From a virus: a stretch of 64,000 nucleotides of DNA. The notes beneath the pieces are model-generated. The model saw only the letters and a list, made by a program, of their open reading frames with translations, was not told the origin of the DNA and did not search any database. The position numbers were made by a program, and so were the translations under genes. The stretch covers positions 1 to 64,000 of IMG/VR virus record IMGVR_UViG_3300020433_000671; one strand, given 5' to 3'. Positions 45,210 through 54,343 of this stretch are shown piece after piece (within the stretch, counting starts at the first letter, position 1; each line of letters opens with the position of its first letter).

Positions 45210-46243
45210 CAGATTTCTGCTGCCTCCATATACAATGACCTCATAACAGTTTTAATGTTTGATTTGTTAACCTTAAGATCTATTCCATCTATGTAGTTAT
45301 CAAGAAGAGTCATTGTATCTTCGGTTTCCAACAGTCCTGAACCTTTTTCTACTTCTACACTTAAGTCTTCAATGATTTTCAAATCACCAAGACCCATGTC
45401 TTGAAGTTGACTAACAACATAATCAAATTTTGAATAGTCACCTTTGTCTTCTACAATGAGTTTGACGAAGGTTCCTTTAACTTCGTCTTCATTCGGTAGT
45501 ACAACTCCACCATTATAATACAACTTATGAAAAGTGTCAAAGGGATTTCTATGGAAAGTACATCGTAGAGTGTCTGTGTTAAAGACATGAAAGCCTCTTT
45601 TAGTGCCGTAATCATTCCAGTAAAGTTGATAGGGGTTTCCAAGATATGTAACATTTTTCTTAGTAGATTTCATGTGATAATGACCACTAAACACTTTCTT
45701 AAATTTAGAAAAATATTTAACATCCATACCATTTGTCATAACATGACCAGGATGTGCCTCAAAACCATTAAGTTCTAAATGACCCATGCAGACATCAGCA
45801 GAACTTTCTGTAACAGCTCGTAGAGAATCCTCATAGTTTTCATCACATATCCAAGGTAAAAGGAGTATGGGAAGACCGTCAAGAATAAGTGTAGTGGGTT
45901 CTGTATATGAAATTATGTTTTCATATTCTCCAAGTAATTCAGTTGGAGCATTAACTCTTAAAGTGTTTTTATAATAAATGTCATGGTTGCCTATAAGAGT
46001 ATGCATTTTAACATTCCTCTCTTTAAGAGGATCAAACCACATCTCTTTTGCTGCATCTAATGACATAAAATTAATAGATCTACGTTTATCAAACGTATCA
46101 CCTAGATTAATTATAGTATCAATTTTGTTTGCATCCACAAAAGGAATTACAACTTCATTGTAATATTTTTTGTAATGATCAATAAAATATTGATTATCAT
46201 TACGTACACCGAAATGCTGATCGGTTATCAATAAGACTTTCAT
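45209..46243 (-). CDS. gp47: Recombination endonuclease subunit (Mre11/SbcD-like)
   Basis: TDQHFG, LGDTFD, GNHD, SGHYH. Confidence 0.96.
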   Translation of the reverse strand: MKVLLITDQHFGVRNDNQYFIDHYKKYYNEVVIPFVDANKIDTIINLGDTFDKRRSINFMSLDAAKEMWFDPLKERNVKMHTLIGNHDIYYKNTLRVNAPTELLGEYENIISYTEPTTLILDGLPILLLPWICDENYEDSLRAVTESSADVCMGHLELNGFEAHPGHVMTNGMDVKYFSKFKKVFSGHYHMKSTKKNVTYLGNPYQLYWNDYGTKRGFHVFNTDTLRCTFHRNPFDTFHKLYYNGGVVLPNEDEVKGTFVKLIVEDKGDYSKFDYVVSQLQDMGLGDLKIIEDLSVEVEKGSGLLETEDTMTLLDNYIDGIDLKVNKSNIKTVMRSLYMEAAEI

Positions 46244-46246
46244 TTA

Positions 46247-46780
46247 CTATCTTTTTTGATTCATTTCAACACGAGTCTTGATCTGATTATACCCAGAATC
46301 AGTATCTCCGTCAACTGTGAATACATGATCGTAACCTGACTTCTCTAAAATTTTATCTTTAATATCTAACTGACGTTTTTCTTTAGCAATACGACGTAAG
46401 AATGCATAATAAACTATTTGTGTAAAATAAGCAAATGGATTCTTAGACTTTGTTGGATTAAAATTATCGATATATTGTATACAATTTTCTATACCATCAC
46501 AAATCATGTCATCCTTATACATGTAATTAATAAAGTTCGGTCTATACGACAAATGTGTAGCAATCTTTAAAAAACAACTTCCAATATAATTTCCTACTCT
46601 AGGTCTACTTTTACTCTTCCAACCCTTTAAAGCAGCAAACTGCTCATCAGGATCCATATCAGAAAGACCTTCAATCTCCTTTACGGCAGCATTATACACC
46701 TTTTCTTTATACTTGATGATAGCAGCAAGAAACTCTTGGTTATCAACGTAGTGCTGTTTTTGTTTTTTTATCTTTTTCAT
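46247..46780 (-). CDS. gp55: Late-transcription sigma factor
   Basis: HYVDNQEF...IATHLSYRPNFINY...NPFAYFTQI. Confidence 0.96.
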   Translation of the reverse strand: MKKIKKQKQHYVDNQEFLAAIIKYKEKVYNAAVKEIEGLSDMDPDEQFAALKGWKSKSRPRVGNYIGSCFLKIATHLSYRPNFINYMYKDDMICDGIENCIQYIDNFNPTKSKNPFAYFTQIVYYAFLRRIAKEKRQLDIKDKILEKSGYDHVFTVDGDTDSGYNQIKTRVEMNQKR

Positions 46781-46800
46781 AAGTGTCTTGCTTTGTATAT

Positions 46801-46829
46801 ATTATAACAGGGCTTGACACGTTTGTCAA
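46801..46829 (-). promoter_or_regulatory. Consensus sigma70 promoter for gp55
   Basis: TTGACA-N17-TATAAT. Confidence 0.85.
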
Positions 46830-46869
46830 TTTGATGTACACTAACCGTGTAAGGGTTCAGGGAAAGGTT

Positions 46870-47310
46870 CTATTTATCAATAGGATCAAATTTATAGATC
46901 TTTTCAAATAAATTTCTTGCCTCGTCAATTTTTCCTAGATAACCCATCTCAGGTTGTGGATTAATTTTTTGAGTGTCTTTTTTGTTTTTTCCTTTATTCT
47001 CTTGTTGAATGAATGCTTCGTACATAAATGTAATTTCTTTACTCATTGAAGAGACTGTTACAACGTCTTTCTCTCTTAGAATATAAAAATCTTCGTCAGA
47101 AAATTGCATCCATTTTGCAAATCCTACGCCCCGAACGTTGCGACCACTATCATCTTTATTTTGCATAACTACTGTAGAAACAGGATTTTGAACAAAACAA
47201 AGTGTTTCCCCATTGTCTTCTGTAAGAACTGCTTTACCTAGCACTTCCTCTCCACTAACGAGTTTAAAAACTCCGTAAAATTCTTCTTCATGTTTTGCGT
47301 AACTAATCAT
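46870..47310 (-). CDS. Sm-like fold hypothetical protein
   Basis: FYGVFKLVSGEEVLGK; usual neighbour of uvsW. Confidence 0.8.
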   Translation of the reverse strand: MISYAKHEEEFYGVFKLVSGEEVLGKAVLTEDNGETLCFVQNPVSTVVMQNKDDSGRNVRGVGFAKWMQFSDEDFYILREKDVVTVSSMSKEITFMYEAFIQQENKGKNKKDTQKINPQPEMGYLGKIDEARNLFEKIYKFDPIDK

Positions 47311-48787
47311 TGGATTTTAGTTTTACATCTATGAGTTCATAATTAAAGTTTTCTTGATTGTAGATTTTGATTCTCTCTCTTAAATGATTTAGTGTGTAAT
47401 TATTTCCACGATCTGTAGAGATATCATCCGCAATATCATATAGTGTTGCTACTTCTTTTCCCCTATACTGTCGAAGTACCCTCCCGATAGACTGAAGGTT
47501 TCTGACTCTTGACTTGCTTGGGGAGGCGAATATAAGGTTATGTAACCTTTTAATGTTAACACCAGTACTAAAAGTCCCATAAGAGGCGACAATAATGCCA
47601 TTGTTTTCAGGAGTTTCATTTTCAATTAACCTCCGTATTTCTTCACGATCATCAACATCAACTCCTCCATAAACTAAATGTACTGGTCTATCAGTGTAAT
47701 TATTTATCATATTATATAAAGGAAGACCGTGCTTCTCCACGTAATTGAATAGCACTAGAGTGTTTCCCTTCAAATCACACGCTAAATTGCGGATAAATTT
47801 ATTACGTTGTTCATGTTCACAGAGGTAATCCATCTCTTCTTGATACCCTTCAAAGATTTGCTCACTGTGTTTAAGTACAATAATTTGCACTTTTAATCTA
47901 GAGACATGACCTTTTTTCATTAGATCAGATGTTTTAGTAACCTTTGAACATCTACCAAACACACCTTCTAATACCAACTGATTAGTATCAGAACCATCTA
48001 ATGTACCAGTAAACCCAATACGATACTTACAACTATGCAACTTAGACATCAATCTGGTTAGTGATTTTGCTTTAAACAGATGTGCTTCATCACCAATTAC
48101 AACATCAAACTTATCAAAAAATTTCCGTGGTTCTTTATATAAGGATTGCCAAGTTGATATAACTACATCATGGTCTGTATATTTTTCTTCACCAGCATAA
48201 ATTTTATGACAATGGTAATCAGTGTTCCAACCGTACTGTGTAAAATCTTTATACATTTGTTCTACAAGAGATGTGGTTGGCACTATAATAAGTACATTCC
48301 TTTTAACGTTTACATGAAAACGAACTAATGCGTATATCATCAAAGATTTACCACTGGCAGTTGGCGACAATAGGAGTCGTCTGTTGTATTTCAGGGATTC
48401 ATATATTGCTGAATATTGGTAATCCCGAACCTTCAACCCCGAAGGAAGACCCAATGCTTGAACAAATCCAACTACAGACTCAGGAGTTATTAATTCGTTC
48501 TGATCCTTGGGATGTCCAAAGTATTGAGATTCCTCGAACTGATAATGATATCCTCTTTCCTTTGCCCAGTCAGTTAGATAATCTACTAAACCGCAATAAA
48601 TTTCCCCAGTAGCAGGTGAGTATAACCGTACCTTACCGTCCCAACCTTTATATCTCCTCGTCTTTTGCATATATTTTGCCGAGGGTATTTCAAAGGTAAA
48701 AAATTCTGCTGCCTCTTTATGAAGATGAGGTTCTGCTTTCACCTTTAAATAAACTTCGTTCTTTTTCTGAATAATTAAATCAGACAT
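47303..48787 (-). CDS. uvsW: SF2 DNA helicase UvsW
   Basis: RDYQ, SPTASGKS, DEAH, GFTGT, QSIGRVLR. Confidence 0.96.
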   Translation of the reverse strand: MSDLIIQKKNEVYLKVKAEPHLHKEAAEFFTFEIPSAKYMQKTRRYKGWDGKVRLYSPATGEIYCGLVDYLTDWAKERGYHYQFEESQYFGHPKDQNELITPESVVGFVQALGLPSGLKVRDYQYSAIYESLKYNRRLLLSPTASGKSLMIYALVRFHVNVKRNVLIIVPTTSLVEQMYKDFTQYGWNTDYHCHKIYAGEEKYTDHDVVISTWQSLYKEPRKFFDKFDVVIGDEAHLFKAKSLTRLMSKLHSCKYRIGFTGTLDGSDTNQLVLEGVFGRCSKVTKTSDLMKKGHVSRLKVQIIVLKHSEQIFEGYQEEMDYLCEHEQRNKFIRNLACDLKGNTLVLFNYVEKHGLPLYNMINNYTDRPVHLVYGGVDVDDREEIRRLIENETPENNGIIVASYGTFSTGVNIKRLHNLIFASPSKSRVRNLQSIGRVLRQYRGKEVATLYDIADDISTDRGNNYTLNHLRERIKIYNQENFNYELIDVKLKSND

Positions 48788-49376
48788 AAGGAGGTCCAGT
48801 AAACCAACATACAATAGATTTTCTAATACCTGATGTTACAGGACGAACTCTGTGCCATTGTGTGCTAGAGAAAAAAATTGCTTCACCCTTTTTAAGACGA
48901 AAAGTTTGATATCTTGGTTCAGTGCCTGGTTTAAATGTTTCCAAATCAAACTCTCCACCTTCATACTCATCAGGTTCATTCATAAACAAACTCATACTAA
49001 TTTTTCTAACCATTGGACCTTGTGGTGAGTCGACAAAATGGGGATGTTGATCAACATGCCAATCATAAAAACCACCTTCGGGATACATACCAAATTGAAC
49101 TGGTTCAACATCATTAACATTTAAGAACCATTTAGCATCACGATTAATCCTACGCACTAGTTTCATCAATTCAAAATTTAATTTATAATCTCTAAGCCAC
49201 ACTTGTTGTGATGATCTCATAGATTTATCTTTTACTCCATCATGAGTATTATTTTTATCAACTACGATAGTACTTTCTTGCCAATCTAATTTTGTATTTG
49301 CTATTGCACGTCTAACTGCATTTAAAATATGAAGAGGAAATGTAATTTGAATGTAGGGAGCACCATATTTAATCAT
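48780..49376 (-). CDS. 2OG-Fe(II) oxygenase
   Basis: YDWHVD, RKISMS, YEGGEF, HRVRPVTSGIRKS. Confidence 0.9.
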   Translation of the reverse strand: MIKYGAPYIQITFPLHILNAVRRAIANTKLDWQESTIVVDKNNTHDGVKDKSMRSSQQVWLRDYKLNFELMKLVRRINRDAKWFLNVNDVEPVQFGMYPEGGFYDWHVDQHPHFVDSPQGPMVRKISMSLFMNEPDEYEGGEFDLETFKPGTEPRYQTFRLKKGEAIFFSSTQWHRVRPVTSGIRKSIVCWFTGPPYV

Positions 49377-49382
49377 AATTAA

Positions 49383-49811
49383 TTACATACCAGATTGAAA
49401 TCTTTTCCACTCAATTGCATTCTTGATATGATAAGTACGACTATTAATTTGTCGCATAATACTATCAAGATAATATACAACTTGATCTATATATTCAATT
49501 TTGTATTGTAGTTTTTGTACGTCTTCGTCTGCTTCAATAAACATTGAGATCTCTTCTTTTGTAGTGAGTTTGAGATCAAATGGTAGTTCTTTATATACCT
49601 TCGCAGGTGCTTTTCCTTTGTAGTATAACCACTTTTCTTTAACAAGACGTTTCATCTCAATCTCTCTTTCCTTTTTCATTAGAGAGAATTTATTATAAAA
49701 TTCCATATATTTCATATGGAGTTGTGGAATTGCTAGAGAGTCATTGTCATGTTGATCTTCATCCAGTTTGGAATCAGCATTCCACATTTCCTGCAATGTT
49801 TCTAAATTCAT
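49383..49811 (-). CDS. uvsY: Recombination mediator UvsY
   Basis: W..DS.LD...IPQLHMKY...IKNAIEWKRF. Confidence 0.92.
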   Translation of the reverse strand: MNLETLQEMWNADSKLDEDQHDNDSLAIPQLHMKYMEFYNKFSLMKKEREIEMKRLVKEKWLYYKGKAPAKVYKELPFDLKLTTKEEISMFIEADEDVQKLQYKIEYIDQVVYYLDSIMRQINSRTYHIKNAIEWKRFQSGM

Positions 49812-49831
49812 AATATAGAAAAATCAATAAG

Positions 49832-50380
49832 TTATCTTTTTGTTTGTGTGTTTGTATTTCTTATTTCGTATAGTGTATATCTAAATATCGCTGTTGAAGT
49901 GAAGTAATCATTATCACCACCAGTAACATCAAATGGTAGTGATGTCAAACTCACAGGAAACATGTCTTTAAATACAACATCGAAATTTGCAATGTTATTG
50001 TTGTTCAATACTTGTAATGTAGCATCTGAAAATCTAGGATCTTCTGAAGGACTCTCTGCAAATCTGTCTAACCAAACTCTTCTTTCTTTAAACTCTTGAG
50101 GAGTTCCTAATGCTCTCATCCAATTATGGATTTGCATATAATTTCTTAGATCTTCATCAACAATAAACTCCATAGAAAATTCACTATAACGCATATTCCC
50201 TTCAACTGGAATGGGAACCATACCTCTAGTTGGTATTTCAACTTGTCCTAATTGCACCGTAGGAATTTCTGCTTTTTGGCACAAGAAAGAAACCTTTCGT
50301 GCTTTATCCAAAATGAATAAAAATCCTATTGGAGAAAGAAAGTTTCTATTTGTTAATTGGTCTTCGTACCAGTTTGCCAT
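49832..50380 (-). CDS. gp3: Tail tube terminator/completion protein
   Basis: NRNFLSPIGF...FIVDEDLRNY...SDATL...FPVSL. Confidence 0.9.
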   Translation of the reverse strand: MANWYEDQLTNRNFLSPIGFLFILDKARKVSFLCQKAEIPTVQLGQVEIPTRGMVPIPVEGNMRYSEFSMEFIVDEDLRNYMQIHNWMRALGTPQEFKERRVWLDRFAESPSEDPRFSDATLQVLNNNNIANFDVVFKDMFPVSLTSLPFDVTGGDNDYFTSTAIFRYTLYEIRNTNTQTKR

Positions 50381-50419
50381 TAGACTATTCTTGTTCCAAT
50401 AATATTTATGCACCCAATA

Positions 50420-50444
50420 AAAAAGGACTCCTTAGAGTCCTTTT
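50420..50444. terminator. Bidirectional-type terminator
   Basis: AAAAAGGACTC-CTTA-GAGTCCTTTT. Confidence 0.75.
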
Positions 50445-50463
50445 ATAGTCTTTCTTTTTATTG

Positions 50464-50631
50464 TTAGTAAAGAATTTGTTTACAGATTCTTTTACAACTT
50501 GGTTGATCTGCTTCGCATTCAATCAGACATTCATAGTAATCATCTAATTTTTGGTCATCTTGACTAATGGCATAGTTGCCGTAACTATGATTCCATGATG
50601 CCATGTTATTATACGAAACGATATTATGCAT
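50464..50631 (-). CDS. 55-aa twin-CX3C protein
   Basis: MHNIVSYNNMASW...DDYYECLIECEADQPSCKRICKQILY; GGGAG SD. Confidence 0.75.
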   Translation of the reverse strand: MHNIVSYNNMASWNHSYGNYAISQDDQKLDDYYECLIECEADQPSCKRICKQILY

Positions 50632-50723
50632 ACTTGTTCTCCCTTTAACTTAACTCATAATATAGACAAGTTTCAGTGCATCTTGTTGTTCCTCTCTTGC
50701 GTGTAGGTTGCCCTGACTGCTAT

Positions 50724-50731
50724 TATTTATA
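50724..50731 (-). promoter_or_regulatory. T4-type late promoter
   Basis: TATAAATA. Confidence 0.75.
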
Positions 50732-50777
50732 TTGACACTGCATGGATTTTAACAAAAATAAATGCCTATTTTTGCAT

Positions 50778-50806
50778 AAAAAAAGAGACCCTTTTGGGGT
50801 CTCTTT
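50778..50806 (-). terminator. Terminator after gp23
   Basis: AAAGAGACCC-CAAAA-GGGTCTCTTT followed by a T-run. Confidence 0.85.
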
Positions 50807-50825
50807 AGATTGTATGTAATTGGAA

Positions 50826-52214
50826 TTACATGATGTTTGCAACTTGTGTACGTCTGTAGTACTTGTTAGCATTTGCTGTAAGAGCACCAGATCCCTGAGT
50901 AAGACCGCCTGAGAATGGGTTAGAAACCATACCGTAACGAGTCTTGAATCCAATCTTGGGTTGGAATGTATCTGGGTTAATCGCTCTGACTTGCTGCAAT
51001 GGCACGTAAGGGCAATAGAACAATCCAGCGTCATAAGGAGAAGTTCCTTTGTATCCTGCAACATAGAAGTGCTTATCAGCAACGTTAGCAGAATATGGGT
51101 CAACGTAAACTCTGATCTTACCGTTAAGAGTACCAACGAGAGTAGAGGAAGTATCGTCTACATTTGTTAATGCGTTGTTACCTTGTAGAGCAGGTGTGTA
51201 ATCTAGAACACCAGCCATACCTAGAGCAGAAGCAACGTCTGCAGAGCAGATCAAGATGTTGCCCTTCCCACGACGAGTTTGCTGACCGATAGCGTTTGCG
51301 TCTCTTTCAATTTGGAATAGAAGTCCTTTGAATTTCTCAACTGACCATCTACCATTTGAGTCAACATCAAGGTCGAAGATACCAGCGTTAGCAGTATTGT
51401 TTTGAGCACCAGCAACAGCGTTTGTGTAGATAGTTCTAACAACTTCTCTGTTGATTTCAGCAAGAATCTCTGTTGAGAGAATGTTGCTTAGCTCTGTCTC
51501 GGCATCAAGACCATGAATTGCTTTCAAGTCCTGAGCAAGCTCAATACTGTACTCTGCTTTTAGAGCACGTGCTCTGGCAGTAACAGTTACCTTCTCAATA
51601 CTGAATCCCATCTCACGGAATTCATTGTTTGATACTGAATCATCTAGTGCTTCAACCGTAGCGGTTGTCATACCTTCAGCATCACCAGTCTTCTCGTAAG
51701 TACCAGCAGGTGAATCGTTAAGAAGTCCTGGGTTAGCACCTTCAGCGTCGTTAACACCAGAAGAAGAAGCAGTAGGATCGTAGTTTGACAATCCTTCTCC
51801 CTTTCCACCAGAGAAACCAGCGTTAGGCTCATTAAAGAATGCCTCACGGAAGTCGCTGTTAGCAGGTCTACGCTCGGAACCGTAGGCAGTTCTCATTGCG
51901 AAGATAAGTCCAGTAGGACCAGTCATTGGCTGAACGCCAGCGATATCATATGCAATAAGTTGTGGCATTGAACGTCTGATTAGACTGATCAATACTGGAT
52001 CATAACCTGCAACACCGCCAGTAGCTGCGTTTGCTTGGGTATAACCTGTTGTTTGCAGAGTTTCGTTAAGGACTTGTCCTTCTTCGATCTGTGCTTTTTC
52101 TTGGTTCTCAAGAAGTTGTGCGACTACGCCACGCTTATGTGAATCGGTGATCTCTGGAAGAGCTTCGTGATTCAGAACGGGTGCCCACTTTTCTTGGAGG
52201 TTTTTAATAGACAT
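50826..52214 (-). CDS. gp23: Major capsid protein
   Basis: KWAPVL, GVQPMTGPTGLIFAMR, ELAQDLKAIHGLDAE, FQPKIGFKTRYG. Confidence 0.99.
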   Translation of the reverse strand: MSIKNLQEKWAPVLNHEALPEITDSHKRGVVAQLLENQEKAQIEEGQVLNETLQTTGYTQANAATGGVAGYDPVLISLIRRSMPQLIAYDIAGVQPMTGPTGLIFAMRTAYGSERRPANSDFREAFFNEPNAGFSGGKGEGLSNYDPTASSSGVNDAEGANPGLLNDSPAGTYEKTGDAEGMTTATVEALDDSVSNNEFREMGFSIEKVTVTARARALKAEYSIELAQDLKAIHGLDAETELSNILSTEILAEINREVVRTIYTNAVAGAQNNTANAGIFDLDVDSNGRWSVEKFKGLLFQIERDANAIGQQTRRGKGNILICSADVASALGMAGVLDYTPALQGNNALTNVDDTSSTLVGTLNGKIRVYVDPYSANVADKHFYVAGYKGTSPYDAGLFYCPYVPLQQVRAINPDTFQPKIGFKTRYGMVSNPFSGGLTQGSGALTANANKYYRRTQVANIM

Positions 52215-52246
52215 TTGTCTCTGTAAAAGTAGTTTTTATTAATAAA

Positions 52247-53272
52247 TTATTTGGACCAACGAGCGATTGCATCTACGTACTTAGACATAGCACCGCTAGT
52301 TGTGCTTTCGACAAGGGGTTCAGAACTTTCTTCGGTGGGTTCTGTTGCTGATTCAGCAACTTCAGCCTTCCTAGTGAAATATGATTCCTTGATCGTATTG
52401 ACCTTATTTCTAAAGTCTTCTTCAGTTTCAAACTCAACACCCTCTGCGAGAGAAGCAAGCTTCTCTTTTTGGGTCTCAGCGAGTCCCACTGCACATTCGT
52501 TCACAATTTCCATTTTAACAAACTCTCCAATACGCTTGTTCAAAGCAACATTAGAATCGATTTGCTCGTTGAGTTTAGCTTCCATATCATCTAACTCACC
52601 TGCCATACCATCAAGCAGGTTGAACTTCTCCTCAGGCACTGTAAAGTTGTGCTCTAAGAAGAGACCTTTTAGACCGTTGAAGAACGATTCTGCCATCTCG
52701 GTCTTAATGCCATGCTCGATCTGAAGGGAATTTTCCTTCATCCACTGATCGGCGGCATAAGAGAGATAATCGTCTACCTTCTCGGCCAAATCTGTTTGAA
52801 TCTTTTCAACTTCTTCAGTCAGGGCAGATTCATATGCCTCTTGCAACGCTGCTGCTTCTTTGTTAACACGGCTTGTTACAGCTGCTTCAAAGATTGTTGC
52901 TGCTTTTACTCGGAACTCTTCTGAGAGTTCTTCACCAGCGACAAGAGCGTCAACATCTTCAGTAAAGTCGAGGTCGGTTTCAGCGATTGTTTCTTCTTCG
53001 CCATCTTCTACCTCCTCCATTTTAGCAGATGCATCACTTGGTTTTGTGGAAGGAACAGGTGCTCTACCTACTGCAGCAGCAGCAGATTTACCTGCATTCT
53101 TGGTGCCTTTTGCACCTTCCATGGAATCCGAGGTGACATCAATTACCTTTTTTGCCCCACCTTTTGAAGTATCGATCTTCTCAGCAGGTTTTGCATCTTT
53201 GGTAACGACATTAGAACCTTCGGTCACTTCTTCCATGTTATCTAACTCTTTATCGAGTGAGGTCTCAGCCAT
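52247..53272 (-). CDS. gp22: Prohead core scaffold protein
   Basis: LSEEFRVKAATIFEAAV...KVDDYLSY...IKESYF. Confidence 0.95.
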   Translation of the reverse strand: MAETSLDKELDNMEEVTEGSNVVTKDAKPAEKIDTSKGGAKKVIDVTSDSMEGAKGTKNAGKSAAAAVGRAPVPSTKPSDASAKMEEVEDGEEETIAETDLDFTEDVDALVAGEELSEEFRVKAATIFEAAVTSRVNKEAAALQEAYESALTEEVEKIQTDLAEKVDDYLSYAADQWMKENSLQIEHGIKTEMAESFFNGLKGLFLEHNFTVPEEKFNLLDGMAGELDDMEAKLNEQIDSNVALNKRIGEFVKMEIVNECAVGLAETQKEKLASLAEGVEFETEEDFRNKVNTIKESYFTRKAEVAESATEPTEESSEPLVESTTSGAMSKYVDAIARWSK

Positions 53273-53320
53273 TTTTTGAACTCCGTGTAAGCTTTAGCGT
53301 TATCTTTATTTATTTATAAA

Positions 53321-53965
53321 TCACAAACTCTTTAAAAATGCTGCAAATGCGGAGATTTTACGCTCTTGCAGATTAATTAGAGTTGCTTCATCAATTTCTT
53401 GTTTGATTTGAGCAACAGCAGACTCTTTAAGTATGCCATTCTCCCAAACCCATTCTTTTCCTTCCATGATTCCATTTACAAATGCATCTGGAGCTGAAGG
53501 ATCTGCTACAATATCAGCAGCAGTGGCAAGCATGAAATCATCACATACAACATTGCAGTTAGATTCCTTCTTGATTGATCCCATACCTCTGGAAGAAACT
53601 CCAAGTCTTACACCCTCATCGAGTAAAGATTTTGCAATTTTTCCGTTTGGTGTATCAAGTATCTTTGCTCTACCGATGAAGTTATTTCCATCTTCTTTCA
53701 AAGATTGTATCTTATGTGAAACCCTATCTAAATTAATAGAAGGTCCGTCAGGGTGACCTAACTCACCAAGAGCACGACCAGATTTGATATAAGACTCATC
53801 ATATTTAGCAACTTCACGTGCTAATGTTCTTTGAGGATACATTCTTCCATTACGGTTTTTAATTTCCGCTTGCAAGAACACACCTTCAATATAGTAATTT
53901 TTCTTACCTTCTTTCTCTTCCGTTAGAAATTGAACGTCTGTAAGTTCTTCAGCTATCAGTCTCAT
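53321..53965 (-). CDS. gp21: Prohead protease
   Basis: KNRNGRMYP, ALGELGHP, GVSSRGMGS, DIVADPSAPDA. Confidence 0.98.
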   Translation of the reverse strand: MRLIAEELTDVQFLTEEKEGKKNYYIEGVFLQAEIKNRNGRMYPQRTLAREVAKYDESYIKSGRALGELGHPDGPSINLDRVSHKIQSLKEDGNNFIGRAKILDTPNGKIAKSLLDEGVRLGVSSRGMGSIKKESNCNVVCDDFMLATAADIVADPSAPDAFVNGIMEGKEWVWENGILKESAVAQIKQEIDEATLINLQERKISAFAAFLKSL

Positions 53966-54311
53966 CTTTTGGTTCCTCTGTGGTTTCAGGTTCCTCTGTG
54001 GGTGTTTCAGTTTCAGCAGTAGGTTGTTCTACTTCATTTGGATCAGGATCTGAAGGAAGTCTGATACCAGAGGTATCAACATCTGTCACTTCAGCATCAC
54101 CTATCGCATCAACAGATTTTTCTATTTCATCAGCACTTGCTTGAGCAGTATCATCTAACTCAAAACCCATTGCTTTTGCAAATTCAAGTTTTCTTGCTTG
54201 AATTGCATCATATGTAGAAGAAGACAAAGCATCATTCATTGAATCGATTGCTTTTGCTTTTTCATCACCAAAAATTTGTTGAACGATTTGTTTAGCAATA
54301 TCACTAGGCAT
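53949..54311 (-). CDS. Prohead core protein (gp67/68-like)
   Basis: Acidic protein between gp20 and gp21; late-type TAAATA upstream. Confidence 0.75.
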   Translation of the reverse strand: MPSDIAKQIVQQIFGDEKAKAIDSMNDALSSSTYDAIQARKLEFAKAMGFELDDTAQASADEIEKSVDAIGDAEVTDVDTSGIRLPSDPDPNEVEQPTAETETPTEEPETTEEPKDETDS

Positions 54312-54343
54312 AATAAGTTCCCACTGTAGTATTATTTAGTAGT

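Noticed and set aside
50464-50631. Possible CP12 call for the Cys-rich 55-aa ORF
   Set aside because: Cys spacing is CX3C-X6-CX3C, with no CP12 C-x8-C loop or AWD_VEE core.
50723-51136. 137-aa alternative-frame ORF over the gp23 3' end
   Set aside because: Out-of-frame shadow that runs through the gp23 terminator.
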